DNA of 61,854 nt from a virus (lineage: Duplodnaviria; Caudoviricetes): the IMG/VR virus record IMGVR_UViG_3300031277_000002, positions 1 to 61,854 of that record; one strand, 5' to 3'. The notes below the pieces were generated by a model, which saw nothing but the letters and a program-made list of their open reading frames with translations, made no database searches and was not told where the DNA came from. Shown piece after piece: positions 39,708 to 47,696 of the stretch (the first letter of the stretch is position 1; each line of letters starts with the position of its first letter). Both the position numbers and the translations under genes were made by a program.

Positions 39708-39933
39708 AAAGCAGGCTTTATATTCCTGCTTGTTTCCTGCAGCCAATCAGGTTGACCTAATGCCATGGTAATCCGAGAAAAGATCATAAAATGCGGATTA
39801 CTATAATGTTCCCAGATTAGGTAACAATAAAACACAGTATATGCCCATTCTGGGTAACAATCCTACAAAAATAGGTTGGTCCCTATACCAATACACTACT
39901 GAGCCGGACTGTAAAAACCAGTAGTGTTTTTTT
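39708..39933 (+). ncRNA. Multi-hairpin ncRNA candidate of unknown class
   Basis: Stems AAGCAGG/CCTGCTT, GTAATCCG/CGGATTAC, CCCAGA/TCTGGG, and ACACTACTG/CAGTAGTGT plus T-run; GC-enriched and ORF-free. Confidence 0.55.
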
Positions 39934-40132
39934 AAAAATTTAAAATATAAAAAAAGAAGGGTGGTGGTTATGTTTATCAATTAAACAAATAATATAATAA
40001 AAATAATACCAGCAGAGATTAATAGTAGATAAAAAGTTTAATTTTGGGGATATTAAAAAAGTACAACCCTGCTTAATCGAAGTCCTAAGTTCCTACTTGG
40101 GAGGTTATTAGAGATGGTGGGGTTGTTTAAAA

Positions 40133-40216
40133 TGTTGCTATGGTAAGATACCGGACCGCATTCCTCACCCCCCTTTCATATCCGGTGAGGAATAAACCTG
40201 TAATGCCATAGCAACA
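40133..40216. ncRNA. GTTGCTATG...CATAGCAAC-closed RNA, unit 2
   Basis: 13-bp closing stem; inner stem ATTCCTCACC/GGTGAGGAAT. Confidence 0.55.
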
Positions 40217-40222
40217 ACTTTT

Positions 40223-40335
40223 ATAGTTGCTATGTGTCAGCACCAATGCGCAAGGGATAGCTTAAGAAGTATAACGCCTGAACAACGGGGAGGTCGTGAA
40301 GCTCACGACTTGTAGGGTTATACCATAGCAACTAT
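40223..40335 (+). ncRNA. GTTGCTATG...CATAGCAAC-closed RNA, unit 3
   Basis: 12-bp closing stem; inner stems GTATAAC/GTTATAC and GTCGTGA/TCACGAC; ends match those of 28242-28375. Confidence 0.55.
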
Positions 40336-40535
40336 TTTTGATAGTAATTATTTAGGGAATTAAAAAACCATGTAAGTGTGATTTTATAATTAGCCAAATT
40401 ACCAGTTATTTGCGCCGTATTTATAATAGCCCTACACTAGTTTTTATTATCCTTTTCTTTATTCATGTTATATAACTTAAACGGGGCACAGTACGTTGTA
40501 TTTTTGTCCCGTTATTTTTTTAAACGGAATATAAA

Positions 40536-40871
40536 ATGAAAACAACAATTGAAGTAATAGAAGAATATAATCAAGATTGGTTCGTATATACAAAAAAAAT
40601 AAAACACAAAAAAGAAATTTTTAATATAGATCAATCAATAAAAGGTTTTATAAATAGATTTGGATTGTTAAATAAAAAATTATTAATATCAGACAAAGAA
40701 ACTAAAAATTATGACTTTGTTTTAGAATATACTAATAAAAATGATATTGATTTTTCAAATGTTTATTATTGTTGTAATTATTTAGAACTAGTTTTCTGCA
40801 AAGAAGATTTTTATAAAATATTTAAAAATGAACCAAAAGAAATTTTTATTAAAGTATTGGAGCAAAAATGA
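40536..40871 (+). CDS. Hypothetical protein
   Basis: ORF after the non-coding island. Confidence 0.55.
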   Translation: MKTTIEVIEEYNQDWFVYTKKIKHKKEIFNIDQSIKGFINRFGLLNKKLLISDKETKNYDFVLEYTNKNDIDFSNVYYCCNYLELVFCKEDFYKIFKNEPKEIFIKVLEQK

Positions 40872-41140
40872 AAAGAAAAGATGTTTTTGAGTTAATTAAT
40901 GAAGAAAGGGAGTATCAGAAAGAAAGATATCCTAAAACAGTCAAAACTGATCCAACCCTTTCTACTTCAGATTGGTTGATAATAATTAAAAATTATATTA
41001 GAGAGGCTGAAAATCATATTCACCTTTTAGATAAGCCTTCTGCTAGGGAAAGTATTAGAAAAATTGCTGCAATATGTGTAGCTTGTATGGAACATAAAGA
41101 AACAAAAAGTAGAAAAATAAAAACTATTGAGGAGAAATAA
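40868..41140 (+). CDS. MazG-like helical protein
   Basis: I.EEREYQ...W......E...RKIAAICVACME. Confidence 0.6.
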   Translation: MKRKDVFELINEEREYQKERYPKTVKTDPTLSTSDWLIIIKNYIREAENHIHLLDKPSARESIRKIAAICVACMEHKETKSRKIKTIEEK

Positions 41141-41320
41141 TGTTAAAAAATAAAGAAATTTTAAAATTGTTAGAAAAAAATACAGAAGCGATTAGAAACT
41201 TTTATGAAGACGCAAAACAAAGGTTGTCGTTTGAAGAAATGGAACAGCTTGACGGAATTATATATGATTGTCAAAAAATAATGGAAATTGTTGAAAAAAA
41301 TTAAATTTTTTTATAATTTT

Positions 41321-41405
41321 CTGGATTAATTAAACAACATGCACTATAATTATTAATGTAAGGCATTTAATACCTTAACATAAAAAGCTTGGGAGGCTTA
41401 ATATG
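41321..41405 (+). repeat. Class B promoter/leader repeat, copy 1
   Basis: TGGATT-17-TATAAT, a TAAGG/CCTTA hairpin and CTTGGGAG RBS; near-identical at 44854 and 45933. Confidence 0.88.
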
Positions 41406-41630
41406 AGTATAAATGGTATAGTAAAGGGTAAAAAAATAAATTATAGGTTTCATAACATGAGTGGAGAACCTATAGTTATAGATGTAAAAAATAATGGTAA
41501 TGTATTAATAATTAGAGACACGCGAGTTTTTCTTGTGGGAGATGTAATCAGAGTTAAATTATTGCCTGAAGATAAATTTTATCAGGTAATGGAACAAAAG
41601 GGATGTTATATTACTTTATGGTCGAATTAA
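41403..41630 (+). CDS. Hypothetical protein behind class B promoter
   Basis: GGGAGG RBS. Confidence 0.65.
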   Translation: MSINGIVKGKKINYRFHNMSGEPIVIDVKNNGNVLIIRDTRVFLVGDVIRVKLLPEDKFYQVMEQKGCYITLWSN

Positions 41631-41759
41631 AATGATAGAAAATGAATCTTTAAATCGTCTTCATTTAGTTGAAGATATAATGTATTTAGTTAATACATAT
41701 CCAGAAATAAAAAAAGTAAAAAGATTTTTATCACAACTTGGAATAAAGGATAAGAAATT

Positions 41760-42626
41760 ATGAAAACAGAAACAAAAAAACACATATTAATGCTTTATAT
41801 GATAGTCGCCGGGTTAACTCTTCAGTTAATTATCACGAATATATGTTTTATTCCAAACATATTAAAACTTGAAAAAGAAAACAAAGAGTTGAAAGTAGAA
41901 AACGAAAAACTATCAAGAAATGTAACAAGATTTGAAATTGATCAAAAGTTAAAAATAAATCTTATTCAAAGGCGTGTTACCTGGATTCACAAATTTTTAA
42001 AATCAATGTATCCAGGGTATGATTATCAACAAAAATTTGATGCTGCAGTTGACTCTATGGACAAAGAAGATTTTAATAAAAAATTAAAAGAAATGCCTAT
42101 AGATTTGTTGTCAGCATATGTAGATAATTATTTGATTAAAGAGCATGGTATAAAAAATTATAAACTTATTTCACCTGAGTTTATATACCCAATAGAGCCT
42201 GATAATGCTTATGTCACCCATAAAAATTATGAGTTTGGGATGTGGCATCCTTTAGAAGGAATTCATTCTGGAACAGATATTAACAATAAAGAAAAATCAC
42301 AAGTTTATTCCATTCATGAGGGGGTTATATGGAAAAGTTATTATGATAAATATGGAGGTAATACCATTGAATTAAAATTCGAAATAAAAAATGAAAATGA
42401 AAAAGAATATTATTTTGCAAGATATAGACATGTTACTAATATTTACGTAAAAAAAGGACAATTTGTATCGAAAAAAGACATAATAGCTAGTATCGGAAAT
42501 ACTGGACAATGGTCATTTGGTAGTCATTTACATTTCGAGTTATGGAAATATGAAAATGGAAAATGGATAAACATTAACCCGTTTATGAATGGTACTTATG
42601 GAAACAAGTGGAAAGAAAGAAATTAA
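41760..42626 (+). CDS. Membrane-anchored M23-family peptidase
   Basis: N-terminal TM helix and coiled coil; HSGTD, GGN.I, YRH, GNTG...HLHFE. Confidence 0.88.
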   Translation: MKTETKKHILMLYMIVAGLTLQLIITNICFIPNILKLEKENKELKVENEKLSRNVTRFEIDQKLKINLIQRRVTWIHKFLKSMYPGYDYQQKFDAAVDSMDKEDFNKKLKEMPIDLLSAYVDNYLIKEHGIKNYKLISPEFIYPIEPDNAYVTHKNYEFGMWHPLEGIHSGTDINNKEKSQVYSIHEGVIWKSYYDKYGGNTIELKFEIKNENEKEYYFARYRHVTNIYVKKGQFVSKKDIIASIGNTGQWSFGSHLHFELWKYENGKWININPFMNGTYGNKWKERN

Positions 42627-42820
42627 ATTAAAACGAAAACAATATCATATTATGAGTTAATGGAATATAAAAAGTAAGGAATGACTAATAAAGAAATAGG
42701 TGAAATTGTCGGTGTTACAGCATGTTGTATTAGTCAGCGGGTTAGTTATAATAACAACATAGAAGCAGCAAAGTATATAGTTTATCATAGAAAAAATTAG
42801 AAACCTTATGATGAAAAAGT

Positions 42821-42851
42821 ATTTTATTTTTTATTGTTTTTGTCGTATATT
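42821..42851 (+). promoter_or_regulatory. Class A promoter (variant -35)
   Basis: ATTTTA-16-TCGTATATT. Confidence 0.6.
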
Positions 42852-42870
42852 TATTTAAAGGAAAAAAATT

Positions 42871-43401
42871 ATGATACTATCAGGAAAAGAAATTTATAAA
42901 AGGTTAGGTAATGATATAATAATTTACCCATTTAACAAAGAACAATTGAATCCAAATAGTTATAATTTAAAGCTTCATAACGAATTATTAATTTATAAAA
43001 ACCGCGATTTAGATATGAAAAAGAAAAACAAGCTTTTTTCAACAAAAATTACAGAAAAAGGACTTCGTCTTAGGCCTGGAATTTTATATTTAGGAAGAAC
43101 TGAAGAATATACAAGAACTAATAATTTAGTTCCTGTTTTGTCTGGAAGAAGTTCTATAGGAAGGCTTGGGGTTTGTATACACATAACAGCGGCTTTTGGA
43201 GATATTGGATTTAAAGGATATTGGACCTTGGAAATAACTTGTGTTCAACCTATATGGATTTATCCAAATATTGAAATTTGCCAAATTTATTATCATCAAA
43301 TACTCGGAGAGTTTGAAAAATATTCAGGAAAATATCAGGATAATAAAGAAATACAAGGAAGCATGTTATATAAAGATTTTAAAAAGGGGAGCAATTTATG
43401 A
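42871..43401 (+). CDS. dcd: dCTP deaminase
   Basis: MILS, QLNPNSYNL, GRSSIGRLG, D.GF.G..TLEI, ICQI, KYQ. Confidence 0.92.
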   Translation: MILSGKEIYKRLGNDIIIYPFNKEQLNPNSYNLKLHNELLIYKNRDLDMKKKNKLFSTKITEKGLRLRPGILYLGRTEEYTRTNNLVPVLSGRSSIGRLGVCIHITAAFGDIGFKGYWTLEITCVQPIWIYPNIEICQIYYHQILGEFEKYSGKYQDNKEIQGSMLYKDFKKGSNL

Positions 43402-43917
43402 TAAACATTTTTTTAAATTTGTTTTACCAATTTGTTTATTTTTACAATTTTAATAACGATAACATGTTTTTTAAATTTATTATAGTATTAATAATTTGGA
43501 CTTTTTATTTATTTCTTTATGTTGTTTTTTGGGCTCATTCACGTAACGAATGCAATAAACAACTAGAAAAATTTTATTTTATAAAAAAAGTAATTAAGGA
43601 CGAAATAAAAAAAGTTAAAAATTCTCAAGGAAAATCAGTACATTATAAAACAAAAAAAGAAGTTAAAATTAATACTTTAGAATGGTTGTTAAAACAAATA
43701 AATGAAAAATGATTTAAAAGAAGAAATAAAAAGTTTAAAGCCAATCATAAAACTTGCAATGAAATATAAAGCATTGCAAGTTTCTTTTTTTATAAACAAA
43801 AACATGTTTAATCGGGTAAAAAAATATTTTGAATTTAATGGTTTTTCAACAAATACAAATAAATATGGTGAATTAGTTATTAACTGGAAACACAGAAATT
43901 TGTTAAAAAACAAATAA
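43398..43917 (+). CDS. Two hypothetical proteins (43398-43712 membrane-associated; 43702-43917)
   Basis: Coupled ORFs. Confidence 0.5.
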
Positions 43918-43931
43918 AATAATCGTATAAT
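43901..43931 (+). promoter_or_regulatory. Class A promoter upstream of the second sigma factor
   Basis: TGTTAA-16-TCGTATAAT. Confidence 0.7.
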
Positions 43932-43934
43932 TAA

Positions 43935-44849
43935 TTGTATTATTTTTGTGGAGAAAAAATTATTTTGAAAAAAGAAAAAAACATAATTGATATATATAGA
44001 GACTCAATAACAAAATATGAAAAATCAAATAAAAAAATAACAGAAGATGAAGAAAAAAAGTTAATAGTTTTGGCCCAAAATGGATCAAAAAAAGCTTTAA
44101 ACATAGTTGTAAAAAATAATTTAAAATTAGTAATTTTTTTTGCAAATAAATATAGTTATAGAAATAATATAAAAATATATTTTGATGATTTAGTTCAGGA
44201 GGGAAACCTCGGGCTGATAAAATCAATAAAAAGGTTTGACGCAACAAAAAATATAAAATTTTCAACCTATTCTTCTTTTTGGATAAAACAAAAAATTTTA
44301 AGATATATAAAAAATCAACCATTTAATAATTGCCCATTTAGGATTCCTGTTCACGTTGTAGAAAAAATTATTAAATTTAAAAAAATAAAAAACGAACTTT
44401 TTGTAAAACTTGGGAAAGAACCAACTATACAAGATTTGGCTGATCATACAGGGAAAGACGTATCTTATGTTACAAAAATTTTTGATTATTTATATTCAAC
44501 ACTGTCAATTGATCAAGACAATTCTAATGATTGCGCATTACAAGAAATATTGAATTTGAAATCTGAATCTATAATAGAAGATGAAAAAAACGAAGATGTT
44601 AATGATATAATATATAAAAACCAATTATTGGAAATAATTAATAACGATTTTCCAAAAATATTAAGCGAAAAACAAATAGAAATAATAAAAATGAAATTTG
44701 GAATTTATTATGGGAAAAGTTATACACTTGACGAAATTGGACACCATTTTAAAAACACTAAAGAAGGAATAAGAATGATATTAAAATTTTCTTTTGAAAA
44801 GATAAGAAAAAATAAAAAATTATCAGAAAAACTTAAAGATTTTTTATAA
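43935..44849 (+). CDS. Second sigma70-family sigma factor (start possibly TTG at 43965)
   Basis: NLKLVI, DLVQEGNLGLIK...FD, KFSTYSSFWIKQ, RIPVH, TLDEIG. Confidence 0.9.
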   Translation: MYYFCGEKIILKKEKNIIDIYRDSITKYEKSNKKITEDEEKKLIVLAQNGSKKALNIVVKNNLKLVIFFANKYSYRNNIKIYFDDLVQEGNLGLIKSIKRFDATKNIKFSTYSSFWIKQKILRYIKNQPFNNCPFRIPVHVVEKIIKFKKIKNELFVKLGKEPTIQDLADHTGKDVSYVTKIFDYLYSTLSIDQDNSNDCALQEILNLKSESIIEDEKNEDVNDIIYKNQLLEIINNDFPKILSEKQIEIIKMKFGIYYGKSYTLDEIGHHFKNTKEGIRMILKFSFEKIRKNKKLSEKLKDFL

Positions 44850-44853
44850 AAAA

Positions 44854-44935
44854 CTGGATTAATTAAACACAATGCACTATAATTATTAATGTAAGGTATT
44901 TAATGCCTTAACAAAAACTTGGGAGATATAATATG
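44854..44935 (+). repeat. Class B promoter/leader repeat, copy 2
   Basis: See copy 1. Confidence 0.88.
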
Positions 44936-45163
44936 ATAGTAGTAACAAAAAAAGAACTTATAAGAATAGTAAGAGATGTAATGTCTGGTAGATCAGGTCA
45001 TACTATTGGTAACTTCAGAAGAATTAAAAGAGGCGAATGGGAAGTTGAAACATCAATAGGAAATCAATATCCTTTTGATTCTAATTCTTCAAACTGGGCT
45101 AATTTTAGACATGATAGAAACGAAATGACATTGAAAGAAGCAAAAGAATATATAGATGCATAA
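44933..45163 (+). CDS. Hypothetical protein, cassette 1 ORF a
   Basis: GGGAG RBS. Confidence 0.65.
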   Translation: MIVVTKKELIRIVRDVMSGRSGHTIGNFRRIKRGEWEVETSIGNQYPFDSNSSNWANFRHDRNEMTLKEAKEYIDA

Positions 45164-45211
45164 TAACCCTCCCAGGTTGCTTAGGGCCTTCGGGTCCCTG
45201 GCTACCTGGGT

Positions 45212-45271
45212 AAGTAATGCAGCCAACGGAGTGTCGCAAGCCCTCGTATAATGCAGAGCGTAATTTAACTT
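45212..45271 (+). ncRNA. Twister ribozyme (type P1-like), preceded by a GC-rich UUCG hairpin at 45171-45210
   Basis: UAA-UGCA-GC...GUCGCAAGC...UGCA-GAG-CG core; predicted cut at 45215/45216; P1 is short. Confidence 0.72.
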
Positions 45272-45283
45272 GGGAGTAAAAAT

Positions 45284-45457
45284 ATGACTAGATATTTTAA
45301 TAACTATAAAGAAGCGTTAGAGTTTGCTAAAGAATTAAAAATTGATGAGCCTGAATACGCTGACGATGTTCAGGTTTCAGAAACATGTTCTATATCTTTT
45401 GGAATATGGTCAAGAAAAGATTTAGGAAATTATGTAGTAACTAATGAAACAGAATAA
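45284..45457 (+). CDS. 57-aa hypothetical protein, cassette 1 ORF b (not in track)
   Basis: CTTGGGAG RBS; MTRYFNNYKEALEFAKEL... Confidence 0.7.
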   Translation: MTRYFNNYKEALEFAKELKIDEPEYADDVQVSETCSISFGIWSRKDLGNYVVTNETE

Positions 45458-45470
45458 TAAGGGTTGAATT

Positions 45471-45734
45471 ATGAATGCTAATATTATTTATGATGTCATT
45501 AATTATAAAGATGGTTTTGGTAAAGTAATATGCTTAGAATTCATTAATAAAGACAGAAAAGTTGTAAAAAAAATTACTGATGATTATTATGAGGAATATA
45601 AAAGAGATACAAACGGAATAGTTTCTGAATATAAAGATTCAACTGGGTATAGATATAAAATAAAAAAATCTATAAAAGATATAAATAAAGAGTTTTCTAA
45701 CAACATTAAATCTTTTTTGAGAGATTTAAAATGA
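45471..45734 (+). CDS. Hypothetical protein
   Basis: ORF. Confidence 0.55.
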   Translation: MNANIIYDVINYKDGFGKVICLEFINKDRKVVKKITDDYYEEYKRDTNGIVSEYKDSTGYRYKIKKSIKDINKEFSNNIKSFLRDLK

Positions 45735-45928
45735 CAGATATTCAAATAAAAAACTGGAAACATTTTATGAATGATCAAATAGAAGAAATAAAAAAACACA
45801 ATTGGATAGAATCTGAAAAGGCAGGACGAGATGTAAGTTGTGTTTCAAATTATGAATGGATAAACAAGTATGCAAAAAAATTCAAAGATGAATGGTTGTT
45901 AAATCATCCAGATGAAAATTTTTTATAA
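45731..45928 (+). CDS. DUF4032-like small protein
   Basis: EIKKH.WIESEKAGRD...EWI.KYA..F; paralogue at 56594. Confidence 0.6.
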   Translation: MTDIQIKNWKHFMNDQIEEIKKHNWIESEKAGRDVSCVSNYEWINKYAKKFKDEWLLNHPDENFL

Positions 45929-45932
45929 TTTT

Positions 45933-46017
45933 CTGGATTAATTAAACAACATGCACTATAATTATTAATGTAAGGTATTTAATACTTTAACATCAAAAGC
46001 TTGGGAGGCTTAATATG
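45933..46017 (+). repeat. Class B promoter/leader repeat, copy 3
   Basis: See copy 1. Confidence 0.88.
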
Positions 46018-46428
46018 AAATTTTATAAGATTGATGGACATTATACTACATATGTATCAATTGATGATACAATACAAGCGACCGTTGAAGATGCAATTAA
46101 TGCAGATTGGTCATTAGATGATATATATGGGTCATCATTGTACGAATATCTTGATGAAAACGGTGAGTTATTAAAATCAGAACTTGATGAAAATCTTGGT
46201 GATTATATTATTGTTTCATATTGGGATGGTAATAATTGGCAACATGATTTTTATGACAGATGTGAGCTTAAAATAGTAGAAGGCGAAGTAATTTCATTAT
46301 CACATCCTTCACCAGCATATTATTTTAATTATGAAATAGCACTAGAAGATGGTGAAAAAATAAAAGTAACCCAATCAAACATGTCTGGATCATTATCACC
46401 TTATTATAGAGAAGATACAGAAGAATAA
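46015..46428 (+). CDS. Acidic hypothetical protein, cassette 2 ORF a
   Basis: GGGAGG RBS. Confidence 0.7.
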   Translation: MKFYKIDGHYTTYVSIDDTIQATVEDAINADWSLDDIYGSSLYEYLDENGELLKSELDENLGDYIIVSYWDGNNWQHDFYDRCELKIVEGEVISLSHPSPAYYFNYEIALEDGEKIKVTQSNMSGSLSPYYREDTEE

Positions 46429-46476
46429 CAACCCTCCCAGGTTGCCTAGGGCTTTCGAGCCCCGGGCTATCTGGGT

Positions 46477-46535
46477 GAGTAATGCAGCCGACGGCGGTCA
46501 CAAGCCCGCGCGTAATGCAGAGTGAAAAATAACTT
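46477..46535 (+). ncRNA. Twister ribozyme (type P1-like), preceded by a GC-rich hairpin at 46436-46475
   Basis: UAA-UGCA-GC-C...GCGG-UCACAAGC-CCGC...UGCA-GAG-UGA; pseudoknot UCAC/GUGA; predicted cut at 46480/46481. Confidence 0.8.
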
Positions 46536-46547
46536 GGGAGATATAGA

Positions 46548-46703
46548 ATGGAACAATTAAATGAATTAAATGAAAAATATACAAATAATCGTATTGTTGC
46601 ATATCGAATTATTGATTCTATTGATAAATCAGATTTACTTGATTTATCATATGATGAATTATTGTGTCTTGCAAAATCAATTGTTGATGAAATTTATAAT
46701 TAA
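46548..46703 (+). CDS. 51-aa hypothetical protein, cassette 2 ORF b (not in track)
   Basis: CTTGGGAG RBS; MEQLNELNEKYTNNRIVAYRII...; its stop TAA is part of hammerhead stem I. Confidence 0.7.
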   Translation: MEQLNELNEKYTNNRIVAYRIIDSIDKSDLLDLSYDELLCLAKSIVDEIYN

Positions 46704-46761
46704 CCCTGATGAGTCTTTGAAAATTAAGACGAAACACGCTTTTAACCAAGCGTGTCGGTTA
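46701..46761 (+). ncRNA. Hammerhead ribozyme, type I
   Basis: TAACC | CTGATGA | GTCTT..AAGAC | GAAA | CACGCTT..AAGCGTG | TC | GGTTA; GUC cleavage after 46756. Confidence 0.92.
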
Positions 46762-47092
46762 TATAAATTAAAAGTTTGGGAATTAATTTTTGGAGAAAAT
46801 TAACCTCTAATGATTTTAGTTTCATTAGATAATAAAACAAAATACGGGAGTAAAATAATGTCAAACAAAAAAGGACAATTAAATTTAACATTAAAAGAGA
46901 AAGCAAAATGTGACGCAATTAGAGATATGCTGGATGATGGTTTTATTAACCTGCCAGAATTAAGTATAGAAACTTTATTAAAAATAATTAAAAAATAAGT
47001 TTTAAAATTATTAAAAATGTATTAGGATTAAAATAAGTAAAAAGTTTAAATCCTTCCTTTAATGATTTTAAAACAAAAAAAGGAGTAAATTT

Positions 47093-47584
47093 TTGGAAAC
47101 TACTGTACAAAAAATGATAGAAATGTCTTCTGTTTTTGAAATAATTGAAAACGAAAGTTATAGCCAAAATGAAGGAAAAATTGATCCAAATATAGGTTAT
47201 GCTATTTCAAAAAACAAAAGGCTGTTTTTTCAATCAATCACAAAAAATAAAAAATTTGTTGAAAATCTGGAGCAATTTAACAAGTTTGTTGTAAAAAAAC
47301 AAAAGGTTGAAAAACAAATTAAAGAATTAGAAGGCAAAAATTCAAATCTTAAAAACAAAAAAGAGATAGAAAGTAATAATATTTTAATCTCAGAAAAGAA
47401 AAACCAAATTGAAAAATTAGAAAATGAAAACAAAAATGTTATTGAAACAAACACAAAAGGGTTGACAAAAAAAGAAACCATAGATGGGGATCTTTATAAA
47501 TTTAATTTAAAAAACCTACCAAAACTTAAACAATCTGTAATTGATTACTTGATTGATAACAACCTAATAAATAGTAAATATTAA
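47093..47584 (+). CDS. Coiled-coil hypothetical protein
   Basis: AGGAG RBS, TTG start. Confidence 0.6.
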   Translation: METTVQKMIEMSSVFEIIENESYSQNEGKIDPNIGYAISKNKRLFFQSITKNKKFVENLEQFNKFVVKKQKVEKQIKELEGKNSNLKNKKEIESNNILISEKKNQIEKLENENKNVIETNTKGLTKKETIDGDLYKFNLKNLPKLKQSVIDYLIDNNLINSKY

Positions 47585-47594
47585 TTAAAGTCAT

Positions 47595-47625
47595 AAAAGA
47601 TACCAACCTTCTCGGTATCTTTTTT
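47595..47625 (+). terminator. Intrinsic terminator
   Basis: AAAAGATACC...GGTATCTTTT followed by TTT. Confidence 0.75.
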
Positions 47626-47655
47626 TATTTTTATATTTTTTATTTTGTTGTAAAA

Positions 47656-47665
47656 TGTTATAATA
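47656..47665 (+). promoter_or_regulatory. Putative late promoter TGTTATAATA
   Basis: Same element with downstream GTATAAAG before the protease gene; resembles the TGTTATATTA late motif of Twort-like phages. Confidence 0.5.
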
Positions 47666-47696
47666 TAAAAGTATAAAGCTTTTCGGAGAAATTTCA

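Noticed and set aside
40133-40335. GTTGCTATG/CATAGCAAC repeats as a CRISPR array
   Set aside because: The repeats are inverted pairs rather than regularly spaced direct repeats, spacing is irregular, and no cas genes are present.
45244-45252. TCGTATAAT as a class A promoter
   Set aside because: It lacks the TGTTTA upstream element, lies inside the twister core and is not conserved in the second copy.
46570-46803. 77-aa ORF from the track
   Set aside because: It has no RBS, overlaps the better-supported ORF 46548-46703 in another frame, and runs through the hammerhead ribozyme.
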